DNA of 64,000 nt from Octopus sinensis (Eukaryota), in assembly GCF_006345805.1 (NCBI RefSeq), contig NC_042998.1, positions 200,198,001 to 200,262,000 on the forward strand, written 5' to 3'. Position numbers and translations under genes: made by a program. Positions 1-12,030 of this stretch are shown piece after piece. The notes under the pieces are model-generated. The model had not been told where the DNA came from. It searched no databases and was given only the letters and a program-made list of their open reading frames with translations. The stretch's first letter is position 1, and each line of letters opens with the position of its first letter.

Positions 1-13
1 ATATATATATATA

Positions 14-215
14 TGGGGGTGTCAGTGTTTGTATACCCACCATTGCTTGACAACCGATGCCGCGGTGTTTAAGTTCCAATAACTTAGCTGTTTGGCAAAA
101 GACGCTGATAGAATAAGTACTAGAGTTATAAAGAATTAATCCTGTATTCCATTTGTTCGATCGAAAGCGGTGCTCCAGCATGGCCGCATTCATATGACTT
201 AGACAAGTAAACCTA
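14..215 (+). mobile_element. SINE family A (octopus-type tRNA-derived SINE), diverged 3' half
   Basis: Matches the 3' half of the full copies at 32950 and 60558 (cattgcttgacaaccgatg...gatagaataagtac...gcggtgctccagcatggccgca...gacaagtaaa). Confidence 0.85.
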
Positions 216-278
216 TAAAAAAGACTATGCCATTTTAATCCCGATTAAGGCTGGGTATCTCTGGTAGTGTATATTTAA

Positions 279-305
279 CTGAAGAGTCCTATTAAACGGA
301 CGAAA
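279..305 (+). ncRNA. Hammerhead-like core (CUGAAGA-GUCC-loop-GGAC-GAAA), flanking stems not convincing
   Basis: Exact core with a perfect 4-bp stem II; stems I and III cannot both be closed cleanly. Confidence 0.35.
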
Positions 306-411
306 ACACGAATGAAGAATTATCCAAAACTCTGACTCTCTCCTTCTTAATATACATCTGTACATCCCTTCAAACACATTTTACATTCTTACATACACAC
401 ACACCCATACG

Positions 412-415
<4 letters not shown>

Positions 416-478
<63 letters not shown>
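416..478. repeat. (TA)n microsatellite, representative of dozens of (TA)n/(CA)n/(TACA)n tracts in the window
   Basis: Direct inspection. Confidence 0.98.
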
Positions 479-481
<3 letters not shown>

Positions 482-482
482 T

Positions 483-797
483 AAATTAATAGTTATTGCC
501 ATACTTATATGGCAGTCTTATAAATATAAGACTAAAGCTGTCGCTGATTAGCTCCAAGAGCCACCTGCTGGGTCTGATTACGCTGCATTGATAAAGGGCA
601 AATACCCTGAAACATGTCTGCAGCTGTCTGACTGGCAGGATGAAGCGGCTGACCTCCCCTGTTCGAAGGTTTATAATGGACGCAGGTTGTGTGTCAAATA
701 GCTAGCTTGAGGGGGTGGCCTCTTGGAGCTAATCAGCGACAGCTTTAGTCTTATATTTATAAGACTGCCATATAAGTATGGCGATAACTATTAATTT
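483..797. mobile_element. Non-autonomous inverted-repeat element (arms about 83 bp: 483-565 and 714-797) with a central hammerhead; probably PLE-derived
   Basis: Arms are near-perfect reverse complements, each with internal hairpins (gccatacttatatggc; agtcttataaatataagact); it abuts (TA)n on the left. Confidence 0.75.
582..624 (+). ncRNA. Minimal type I hammerhead ribozyme with U3:A8 core variant
   Basis: Stem I GCUGCA/UGCAGC (582-587/619-624), core UUGAUAA, stem II AGGG/CCCU, GAAA, palindromic stem III ACAUGU, GUC cleavage triplet at 616-618. Confidence 0.75.
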
Positions 798-844
798 CCA
801 GTAACGCTGCCGTAATCTCCTTTAGAGAGACTTAGTAATTTTAA

Positions 845-891
<47 letters not shown>

Positions 892-1801
892 TATATATAT
901 ACATATATACATATATACATATATACATACATATATATAAAAAATATATATACATGCATGAATGTGTCTTGTATAAATGTAGATACTCATATACATAGAG
1001 AAGAGAAATTTTTTAAATAGGTCATTCTTCACTTTCCAACTTGTAGAAGACTAAATTGTTAACCGTGAAACATTATATATCTGATTAACTATTTGTAGGA
1101 AGCCATCACATCAATCACGTCTTAGCAAATTTTTGCTGACACGTAATTTTCAATTCTTCCGTTTATTTTAAGTTATTTATTAATTTAGCCTCTACCACCG
1201 ATATTTGCCAAAACTTTTATATTATAAAACTGTGCATGTAAAATTTCTTTTGATCTTTCCTTGATGAGTTTTTCCTTCGTTCGACACATCGCCCTCCATA
1301 TTTTATAAAATGCTTCACTCGGTGTAAGATTACAGATTGCCTTGCTCCCCAGACTAGTTAAATATATATATCTGTACACTATTTTGTGTAAATCTCTAGC
1401 TTAATTTTGAGTAATTTGTAGTAAAGCAATTTTCTATCTAATAGCTGCCTCATTCATGGTGCTACCGATTATCATATTTAGTGCATGTACGTGTCTGTGT
1501 ATTTGTGTGTGCAAGTGTATGAGTGCGTGCATATAGCTTAGGAAATGGATGCTGTTTAATTCATAAACCATGGATACGAAAATGGGATTCAGATAATAGA
1601 AAAATTTTGCAAAATAAATTTAGTGTGGAACATATTTATTTTGGTAATGAATGTTAAATAATTTTAGTGTATGAATAACAGAATTCATAAATAATTTAGT
1701 GGTGAATTCCAAAGCAAGATTTTTGGTCCTGAATTTCTTGAAAGCAATCATAATGTTAGACAAAGTTTCTCCATTTTGTTATTTTCTGCTAACTATCAAC
1801 C

Positions 1802-2575
1802 GAAACTGAACCATTTCAAGTAAGATCACGAGAGACAAGGCTGCGTCAGAGCCCCTACACGATTCACTGTCTATATTACCACCATCATTAAAGTCATCAC
1901 AGGCGATTTCCTATCAGTTGAAATTATCTATGGAACCGATGGAAGGCTCTTCAATCTTTCCTAATAGATGTCTGAAACGCAACATGCTGCATCATCGTGC
2001 TTCAATATGCTGATGACAACAGCATTGCGGCACTGTCCGAAGAAAATTTGCAACAAATCGTCAATACCTACTATCAAGGTTATAGAAACCTAGAACTCAC
2101 CATCAATTAAAAAGTGACACAAGTCATCTTCCAACCATAACCAATCGAGGCCAACAGTTCATAATTAACCATTGGAATCGACGGCGCAGCCGTAGAAAGC
2201 TTGAGTCGTTTTCTATATATGGAAATTCGTCTTTATTCCAATGCTGGCATCGATGGTGAGATACAGCATCATCTTGAAAGAAACGGTACTGCTTTGGCCA
2301 TCTCCAAACAAGAGCTTTCCAGGATGTAGACTTCTGAACACAAAGATGATGGCATTCGAGGCAGCGACTATCCCCACGCTTCTATACACACTCATGACCG
2401 GGACTACGTAAAAAAGATAAATAAAAGCTTTCAGAAACGAACCACCGACGCAGCCTTCAAATTATTCTCGACATCAGCTCGGAAGAAAGGACATCAGCGT
2501 GTTGGAAATAGGCAACATGGCCCCCATTGAATCTATGATCATACAAAAACCCATCTGAGATGGACTTGCTCGGTT
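1802..2575 (+). mobile_element. Decayed RTE (BovB-like) LINE, RT C-terminal region
   Basis: Conceptual translation gives RQGCV.AP, TDGRLFNL, LQYADDNSIAALSEENLQQIV, GIDGEIQH, IPTLLY, with stops and frameshifts. Confidence 0.9.
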
Positions 2576-4624
2576 AGAACCTTAATAGGGGTAACGATAC
2601 CAACATTAATACGTGCATGTATATATATGAGTGTGTGTGTGTGTTTATACGTATATATATATATATATATAATATATATATATATATATAAATATATATA
2701 TATGTGTGTGCGTGTATATATACAATATATATATTATATATATATATATATACAAATATAATTAATAATAAGGGTGAGAGAATTAGATACTAATGTGTGA
2801 GCTAACAATCGTACCGACTTTCATGGGAAACATGTATATTTTTGTGGTTGAAACCTTTTGGATTAACTGGTGCTAGAGTGAGCCATATAGTGACCACTCT
2901 CTTATATTTATTTTATATACAATATATATATATATATACACAAATATATATGTACTCTTTCTCGATGATGAGAGAAAAAAAGTACGCCATCTGGTGAGTG
3001 ATAAATAATTTTTAATATACTCAATATATATATATTTATGTGCTTATTTAAGTTTCATGCGATGAAAGCGTTTCAAGCACTAGATTTTAACAAGCATGGT
3101 GCCTTAGTGCAATCTTCAGGCAATGCCCACGTGGCATAACAATCTACAGATACGAAGATAGGATGAGAAAATATGAAATACAAGTAAATATAAAAGATGC
3201 AACTCTGAAAATGCGGTAAACGAGCAATAAAACAGAAAGAAGCAAAATGGAGTGCGGGGATTAGAGCTATGTCCTCTTTGACCGTAAAATATAAGTCTGA
3301 AACGATAATGGCTGAGAGTCTGCGGTAGAGGTGCTCAATCCGCAAAAAGTTGTTTGCTTTCTAAATGTTATCATATCGCCTTTTCCATATCAAAATTATT
3401 GCTCCCAATATCATACAGTATATACAGGAAGATCTTAGAGGTTACAACACTTTCAAAGTTGCTGTATATAGATACCAGTATGAACGGAGAAGTGAATTTG
3501 CTTTTATCAACAGAAAAATTACGTAATATAGAATGCAGTACAAAGAGAGATCTAGCAACACTTACTGTTATGTCCTGCCTCTATGGTTCAAAGGCCAGAA
3601 GAAAGTAACTGACTTATATATGTGACCGTGAGAGTATTCATGCACACCACACGCACATATATATATAAAATATATACAATATATATATATATACCTATAC
3701 ATGTGTATTATACATAGAACATGAACACGCACTTACAAAAGGGGAAAGTGATGTTACACTTGAGACATTATCAAAGATAAGAACAAGACATTTTGCATAC
3801 ATCTATAACAAATAAAATTGAAGGGAAGATTTTGCGAAGTAATTACTGGTTTCCATTTTACAATATAACACTCAGTTTGCTGAGAGCCAGAAACTTGAAG
3901 CTAGTGATCCCAACATGGTAAAGATCTTGCATTATATAGTAGATGCTACAACTGAAATGGAATTAATATGAACTTTAGAAAATTGCATTCGATGATGGAG
4001 CGTCAATGCACATAAGACAAGGCGATTGGCTAACAGATCTTGCTTCTTCATAACAGGGTACAAAACATGTACTATAATTTATGTGTCAAGACCTCTGAAG
4101 TGAAAGATATTAATCAAAGTTACTAAGAATTACAGAATACTAAACAGCTTTAGATAATGTCGCAGCTGATATATGTGATAGCATTTTCAGCATAGAGGCT
4201 CTGAGGGCGACGGCAACATATAATAGAGTAAAATTCCACAATATATTTACTATGTGAAGAGCTGGTAATTTGAATTTGCATGTATATTCAATCGAGCACG
4301 CACTACGCATTCACAATAAGTACAAACACACGGAGAAACAGTCGCACACACACTCATGCATAACATACATACATACATACATGTATGCATGTACGTATAT
4401 ATATATATATATAATAAATATTAGGGAATAAATCTAAACTTACAGAGAAAAATCAGATTTAGGATTGAATCCAATTTTATAGTAAAATATTATATTATAT
4501 TAAATTAGAGATAAAACCACTATTAGACAAATCATACAATGAAAAACTTAAGCCAATACATAAGATTATTTAATTTATATTATTTAAATATATAATAAAA
4601 TTATTAAAAAAATATAATTAATAT

Positions 4625-4691
4625 AACACTACGATCGTTTCATGGCTGTTAATTTCTTTAAATTTTAGAGTTACAGTCATTCATCAGGTGG
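4625..4691 (-). ncRNA. Type I hammerhead (left-arm copy)
   Basis: Reverse complement reads CCAC-CUGAUGA-AUGACUGU...ACAGCCAU-GAAAC-GAUC-GUA-GUGUU. Confidence 0.65.
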
Positions 4692-4753
4692 TTTAAATAT
4701 TTAACTTGGCGAGGTTTAATCAATGATTAAACCTCGCCAAGTTAAATATTTAA

Positions 4754-5138
4754 TGGAAGCACTCCGTCGGTTACGACGACGAGGGTTCCGGTTGATCCGA
4801 ATCAACGGAACAGCCTGCTCGTGAAATTAACGTGTAAGTGGCTGAGCACTCCACAGACACGTGTACCCTTAACGTAGTTCTCGGGGATATTCAGCGTGAC
4901 ACAGAGAGTGACAAGGCCGGCCCTTTGAAATACAGGTACAACAGAAACAGGAAGTAAGAGTGAGAGAAAGTTGTGGTGAAAGAGTACAGCAGGGATCACC
5001 ACCATCCGCTGCCGGAGCCTCGTGGAGCTTTAGGTGTTTTCGCTCAATAAACACTCACAACGCCCGGTCTGGGAATCGAAACCGCGATCCTATGACCGCG
5101 AGTCCGCTGCCCTAACCACTGGGCCATTGCGCCTCCAC
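4754..5138 (-). mobile_element. SINE family B (tRNA-like head), full length, 11-bp TSD
   Basis: Head GTGGAGGCGCAATGGCCCAGTGGTTAGG...GGTTTCGATTCCC (A/B boxes); TSD TAAATATTTAA at 4743-4753 and 5139-5149; near-identical copy at 44660-45046. Confidence 0.95.
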
Positions 5139-5150
5139 TAAATATTTAAA

Positions 5151-5217
5151 CCACCTGATGAATGACTGTAACTCGAAAATTTAAAGAAATTAACAGCCAT
5201 GAAACGATCGTAGTGTT
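5151..5217 (+). ncRNA. Type I hammerhead (right-arm copy) with extended stem II
   Basis: CUGAUGA 5155-5161, stem II AUGACUGU/ACAGCCAU (one mismatch), GAAAC 5201-5205, palindromic stem III ACGAUCGU, GUA triplet 5210-5212, short stem I CAC/GUG. Confidence 0.65.
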
Positions 5218-5341
5218 ATATAATTATATTTTTTTAATAATTTTTTTATTTATACCATAAATAATATAAATTAAATAATCTTATGTACTGGCTTAAGTTT
5301 TTCATTGTATGATTTGCCTAATAGGGTTTTATCTCTAATTG

Positions 5342-5386
<45 letters not shown>

Positions 5387-5841
5387 TATATTATATATAT
5401 ATACATATGTATATATATACATATGTATGTATATACATAATATGTATAATATATATACGTATATATACATACATATATATATATGTACAAACACACACAC
5501 ACACACACTTATATTGCATCGCATAGCACACAACATAATATTCTCAGTTCGAGGCTGACTTATGCGAAGGCTGATTTTGACTTCGAGGTCGATAAAAATG
5601 TCATCAGCTGAGTACTGTGTCGACGTAATCCACTTGACCCATCACTTCATATTTGCCTACATTGTTCTATATCTAAAAAGAATTATCATTGTCAATTAAT
5701 AAATTTAGCAGCAGCAGCAGCATTTCTAGCTATCATCCATTGTGGTGAAGTGATGGAGACGATGTGGATACCTAAATTAGCACCATACAGATTAAAAATC
5801 ACATTAACAATATATTATTTGTAAGAGAAACTAGAAATATA

Positions 5842-5928
<87 letters not shown>

Positions 5929-6494
5929 TCAGTGATCCGGCCATCGTAAAAACGCTATGAAGATGACCGTTAAACAATGGAAATTACTGTGTGATTGACC
6001 GTTATTAAGACAAACGCGCTATTAGAACGACCACTAAGTGAGTGGAAGGAGTAATGGTAAGGGAGTAAATGGTCATAGTATTTGCGTAAGCGCGCATTTC
6101 CATACCTATACATGCGCACCCGCACACCAACGTACACACTCATCCGCCCTCACTTGAAACACACACATACTCACCAACACATTCACCAAAAACGTATATA
6201 CATACCTGCATACAGGCTCGCATACACACACACGCACACAAAAAAGGTTCATACATATGTCTATATACGCACATCTACAGAACAAAAACAGGGCTAAAAG
6301 CAAAATACAGAAAAATGTGTAAAGAAGTATAAAAAATAACTAATAAGATTGCAATTAGTACGTGACTGGTACTTAATTTGTTGACCCCGAAAGAGTGAAA
6401 GATAAAGTTGAGGCTGCGGATTTGTACTCCAAACGTAAAACCGGATAAAATACAGCGAAATATCAAGATCATCATCAGCAGCAGCAGCAGCATC

Positions 6495-6985
6495 ACGTCG
6501 GAGGGCAGAGGGAAGTAGAAGGAAGTGCCTTGAAGTGGAAGAGACCTTCCGCCTTGTAAAGGTCTAGGCTCCACACCACCACGGCTCAACCTTTGTCAGC
6601 CAGTTTTATGATGATGTATGTGCGGTGTCGGAGACATCGAATCGCCAAGAGTTCGCCTGAGGAGATGTTCAGATGTCGGAGACGCTTGGAAAAGGCAAAC
6701 TGGTCCACAGCACGCTCACAGACGCCTGCAAAAAGATCGACTGCTGCTTGGAAGTGGCCAGAAGCTGGCGTACATTGTAATGGCCGGCGGTCCAGATCGG
6801 TGAAGCAGTCCTCCTCATTAAACGCAGGTGGAGTGTTGCGGAAAACCGCACACAACCTAACGCAGCGCACAAAACTGTGGATATCGGCACGTGTCCGAAA
6901 TTTGCTGCTGAATGGAGTGAGGGGGATGAAGCGCAGAGTCCTACTGAGGGAAAGCGCTCCGCCTCCGAGAGGGAGGTACAGGATG
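6495..6985 (-). mobile_element. Penelope-like element, pre-RT region
   Basis: Translation LSRTLRFIPLTP...F.RCVRL...NISSGELLAIRCL...IIIKLADKG*AVVVW, typical of the segment preceding PLE RT. Confidence 0.85.
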
Positions 6986-7270
6986 TCACAAACGGTACAA
7001 ATAATATGAAGTATGTAAGGAAACGGGGACAAAATGAGTGAAATACGTAAGCAACGTGAAAAAAATGGAAAAGAGGACAAGTTAACACAGAAAAAGGACC
7101 CATCATCAGTTGTTGAATGTCTATCTACGACATGAATGCTCGAAATGAAGAGTAGATAGACAGCCGACAACTAATGAAGAGTACTTTCTCTGTGTTAACT
7201 TGTCCTCTTCGCCATTTTTTTCCTCGTTCTGTGTGTATATCATATTATTTGCACCGTTGATGACCTCCTG
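6985..7270. repeat. Imperfect inverted repeat (pseudo-LTR-like) between the two opposed PLE pieces
   Basis: About 6990-7130 is an imperfect reverse complement of 7155-7265; a related sequence lies at 60985-61160. Confidence 0.7.
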
Positions 7271-7369
7271 TAACCATATATGCATGTATGTATATATATA
7301 TATATATATGTATATACATACATGCATATATACATACATACATACACACACACACAGATATACATATAT

Positions 7370-7800
7370 ATATCCTTCCCTGACCCTACCTCCCAACCCG
7401 GCTCGTTCCCCTGCTCCCGCCCACGTTGCCGCACTTGCCCTTACCTCTCCAACACCACCCGCCTCACTAGCACCCACCATCGACCCTATCCATCATCCAC
7501 TCCTTCACCTGCACCTCCAGCAATATTATCTATTGCATCTCTTGCTCTCTCTGCAATTCCTTGTACATCGGACAAACGGGACGCCGCTTGGCTGACCGGT
7601 TCCCGGAACACCTTCGTGACATCCACCTTGCGAACGACACACCGGTCTCACGCCATTTCCGCTCCACCGGTCACTCCTTGCAACACCTATCTGTGTTCGG
7701 TTGTCCTTACACAGAGGCCATCCGGATTCCCGTTTGCGCCGTGAACATTGGAATTAATCTTCTCTCTTCGCTCTTATACGCCATTTGGTCTCAACTGTCC
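7370..7800 (+). mobile_element. Penelope-like element, GIY-YIG endonuclease region (frameshifted)
   Basis: PGSFPCSRPRCRTCPY...SFTCTSSNIIYCISC...LYIGQTGRRLADRFPEHLRDI...PVSRHF...LIFSLRSYTPFGLN. Confidence 0.95.
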
Positions 7801-8149
7801 CCCCCTCCTCATCTAACCTCACCCCCCTCCTCACCTATCCTTCTCCCCCCCGACCCCTACTTCTTCAGTCCTTCATCCTTTCAACCCCTCCCCTCCCTTC
7901 TTCCCTCTTTCTCCCTCCCTCTTCCCCTTCCCTCTGCTCCCTCACTCCCTCTCTCCCCTTCTCTCTCCCCCTCATCCCCTTCCTTCTTCCCCATCCTCTC
8001 CTCTCCCCCCTTCTCCTCCCCCTCTTCTTTCCTCCCCTTCTCTCCCCCTTTCTCCGTCGTCCCCCTCCTCTCCTCACTACACCACATGACTTACACATCA
8101 CATCACATATGATGTGCCATACTAATACACACACCAACTAATACATACT

Positions 8150-8440
8150 AATACGTACTAATACATACTAGTACATACTAATACTTACACCAACCCTATA
8201 CATACACACGTCCAGACCCCGCATACGCACTTATACTCTCTCACACACACACACACACACCTATACATACCAATACGTACTAATACATACTAATACATAC
8301 TAATACATACACCAACCCCATACATACGCACGTCCAGACCAATCTTACGCACTAATACTCTCTCATACACACACACCCTTATACATACTAATACATACAC
8401 CAACCCTATACATACACACATCCAGACCCCTCCCACGCAC
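8150..8440. repeat. Three imperfect tandem copies of a 90-130 bp unit (atacatacaccaaccctatacatacacacgtccagacc...)
   Basis: The motif recurs at about 8180, 8305 and 8395, in the PLE 3' region. Confidence 0.7.
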
Positions 8441-8613
8441 TTTTAGCTGGTCCCGCAACCCATTTATCAACCCTATTATCTCCCCTTATTTCGCTCTCGC
8501 GTCTCATGTTTGATCTTTGACCTCTGGCCGAAATCAGATCGCCATGTTGATTCGTTAGCTACTGCACGCATTTTTTTTCTCTCCTTCTTCTGTGTTTTTC
8601 TCTCTCTGTGTAT

Positions 8614-8648
8614 CTTCTGTTGAAGAGCGTAGGCTCGAAACGTTAAAG
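8614..8648 (+). ncRNA. Degenerate minimal hammerhead in the PLE 3' terminus (A6U)
   Basis: CUGUUGA-A-GAG-cguagg-CUC-GAAAC-GUU-AAAG; the same tail family recurs at about 15290 (minus) and about 46560. Confidence 0.5.
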
Positions 8649-8768
8649 ACTTGTTTTATTTATATTTCCTGAGCGCCATACTAATACATTGTTCGTTTGT
8701 TTTCCACCTGCCTTCGTCTTTTGTTTATTTTCATAAAGCTTCCCGTTATATATATATACATGTATATA

Positions 8769-8806
<38 letters not shown>

Positions 8807-9021
8807 TATATATATATAGCAAATGAAAGACAGAATATGGAATATACGAGAATTTATTATTAATCACGACAGTGTTTCGACATATATAGCATCCATTCCT
8901 CTTGGGTGGGACACTCAACAACTGGTTAAGGAGCATCCGGTGATGCAGATATATCACGTTTGATGATAAATAAATACAACTTGTTAAAATGACCGTTCCG
9001 CAATGTAACTTATCCGAAACA

Positions 9022-9063
<42 letters not shown>

Positions 9064-9127
9064 ATAAAACGGTAAGATAACAAAAGAAAGAAAGAGACTC
9101 AATATTATGTAAATAGAGGAAATTCTC

Positions 9128-9476
9128 TATACAATATGTTACATTACTCGGTAGTCAAGATAAAACTCTGAGTTTCAGATGCCGAAGTGGAAATCCACAA
9201 CACCATCTCTTCTATGTTATGTCCCAAGAAGAATTTATATATTTTTATATATTTTTTATGTATTTTTATATAATTTTTATGACGAAAAATTCGAGCGATG
9301 TATAAGTACGCAGGCAAGCAGAGTTATAACAGAGTAATTTCCCTTTATTTAACGGTATTTTTTCATAACGTTTTCAAATAGCCAGACAACCGAAGAGATG
9401 GTGTTGTGGATTTCCACTTCGGCATCTGGAACTCAGAGTTTTATCTTGACTACCGAGTAATGTAACATATTGTATA
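9128..9476. mobile_element. Inverted-repeat element (arms 9128-9212 and 9392-9476) with a degenerate hammerhead-like fold
   Basis: The 85-bp arms are near-perfect reverse complements; the right arm reads gacaa-CCGAAGA-GAUG...CAUC-u-GGAAC-ucaga-GUU-uuauc. Confidence 0.7.
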
Positions 9477-9599
9477 TATATATATAATATATATATATAT
9501 ATATGTATGTATGTAAACTCACACAAATGTAAAGATAGGGAGAGGTAGAGAGAGATAGTTAGAGAGAAAGAGAGAGTAACACAGGCTAAGGTGGTAGAA

Positions 9600-10560
9600 T
9601 TACAAACAAGAATGTTACTTAATGAAGAACTATCAGAAGTAAATATCTTTGCAAAACATCGCCTCTGTAAACTGACACCATCCTTCAGGTCAGTTTGAGC
9701 TCAGTTTGGTTTTTCCCGAGAAGCTTAAAAATTAGTATAGGTCTGTTTCGTATTAATCCTTTTGAATAATTCTTTCGTTTTTAGTCGGCAGCCACAGCCA
9801 CATTCCGATGGCAATTTAATGTTAAACGCGGATAAGATTAGTCTCCCTCACTTGATTCCTAGTTTGCATTAGCACTGACATTCATAAATAACTGTTGATG
9901 TATTGTGGATAGAAATTGCTTTGGAAACGATCCCTGTTAGTAATCTGGGTACTTCTCTTTTTCACTTCACAGAAACTTAAATTTTTCCACAAATTGTATT
10001 AGCAATTGGTAGGTGATTCACGTTTCTGATATACTAGACATATTTAATTTTCCATTTCATAACAAATTTTAATCAACTTTAACAGTGATCCATTACATCA
10101 TTAGTAAAGTACCAGTAATATATTGTCGAAAATGCTTGCCAATTTCGCCATGCTTATTTTTCCTATGAAATACAAATCGTAAGTAGGATTACGACATCCC
10201 AATTTTATACGTTTCGAGTGGATTTGTATGCTAGCGTAAGCAGGTCTAGTGTACCCATAGACTCACCCTAGTTAACTAAACTTTTCCTACCTAAGGTTGC
10301 CTTTGATCATATGTCTACCCGATCAAAGATGATTTGTTAAACAATAACATGAGCGTAAACTTCCAAAGGTTTGGCATAGAATAAATGTTTGTTGAATAAA
10401 TGACAGCTAAATTTATATTAGATCATCTACTATCAATGACATTGTTAATATATGGCATTCTGAAACTCTGAATTCAGATATCGGAACGGTAATGCTGTTA
10501 TTATCTGCCTAAATATCCCTGAAATCCAAAATTTTATTAATCACAACCTCTCTTTATTGA
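9600..10560 (-). mobile_element. Highly decayed PLE (RT thumb to GIY-YIG)
   Basis: Only fragmentary motifs (NPLETYKIG; VIYECQC*C), many stops. Confidence 0.35.
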
Positions 10561-11092
10561 GGTTGTTTCATGTACGCCAGTTTTGAGTGAGATATATTAG
10601 TGTCAATACTCCCGTTTGTTGCATTTGCATTCATGTGGATTAATTCGTATATATATGCAACTTTACGGGTAATGACACAACACACACACACACATACACA
10701 CATACACACACAAATACTCACACGCAACTGTACAGTTATAATGAGGTTCAGTGTAATAACTGAATAATATTCAGCTGGATTTCTGTTATAATGACCAATT
10801 AATAAAATGCTATAGGTTATTCATTGCTAAGAGATATATATACAATCGAACATATTTTATTGTGTTTGGTACTACTTAACAACGATGGTTTACAGAATCG
10901 TTCTCGCATCGGACAAAGCTATATCACCGCCTGTGCACGTTTTGATTCCAGATTCTCTTATTGCCAATTTTGCTTTTCATCCACGCGCTAAGTCATTTAT
11001 TCGACTAACATTTCATACATTTATGGTATAGCGCATGCGTTAGAAACATTACTCGGGCCGCGCACCATGAGAGATAACTAGTTTATATATAT

Positions 11093-11484
11093 CTCTTTTA
11101 CTCTTTTACTCGTTTCAGTCATTTGACTGCAGCCATGCTGGAGCACCGCCTTTAGTCGAGCAAATCGACTCCGGGACTTATTCTTTGTACGCCCATTACT
11201 TATTCTATCGGGCTCTTTTGCCGAACTGCTAAGCGACGGGGACGTATACACACCAGCATTGTTGTCAAGCAATGCTAGGGGGACAAACACAGACACACAA
11301 ACAAATACACACACATATATACGACAGGCTTCTTTCAGTTTCCGTCTACCAAATCCACTCACAATGCATTGATCGGCCCGGGGCTATAGCAGAAGACACT
11401 TGCCCAAGGTGCCACGCAGTGGGACTGAACCCGGAACCATGTGGTTGGTTAGCAAGCTACTTACCACACAGCCACTCCTGCGCC
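11093..11484 (-). mobile_element. SINE family A, full length
   Basis: Head GGCGCAGGAGTGGCTGTGTGGTAAG...GGGTTCAGTCCC, internal microsatellite, (AAAAGAGT)n tail. Confidence 0.95.
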
Positions 11485-11785
11485 TATGTAGACAATTTTC
11501 AATTATACCTGCGTTGTAGTTAAAACATAAACATCGTGTATTTTTTTTTAGGATATGCATAAGAAATAGTAGCTGAATAGATGACTGTGCTATTTCGACG
11601 GCCAATGAAAACGATATAGTAACTGGTTATGGTTTGTGTAGTTTACTGGTTGTTCTGAGTTAAACACACGCGGTTCGACATTTTCCTAGCATTCCAATAT
11701 AACAGTTATTCATATTAATAAATGGAGATAGACAATATTCATAATCAATACGCACGGAGATATATATCATGATGTTTCAATGCGA

Positions 11786-11787
<2 letters not shown>

Positions 11788-11844
<57 letters not shown>

Positions 11845-11908
11845 TGATGATGATGATGATGATTATGATGATGATGATGATGATAATAATAATAATAAAA
11901 TAATAATA

Positions 11909-11941
<33 letters not shown>

Positions 11942-11976
11942 TGATGATGATGATGATGATTATGATGATGATGATG

Positions 11977-12028
<52 letters not shown>
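11788..12028. repeat. Compound (TAA)n/(TGA)n microsatellite
   Basis: Direct inspection. Confidence 0.97.

Positions 12029-12030
<2 letters not shown>

Larger units (their letters stand above)
4411..5345. mobile_element. Foldback (palindromic) element centred at about 4723, with one hammerhead per arm; right arm interrupted by a SINE
   Basis: 4503-4721 is the reverse complement of 4725-4753 plus 5150-5340; bounded by (TA)n; a related copy lies at 43799-44039. Confidence 0.85.

Noticed and set aside
1185-1379. 64-aa minus-strand ORF in unique-looking DNA
   Set aside because: No recognisable domain or convincing splice context
3737-3802. Minus-strand 66-bp candidate exon (MYAKCLVLIFDNVSSVTSLSPF)
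   Set aside because: Splice signals are plausible but the peptide does not match downstream CA10 sequence or anything I recognise
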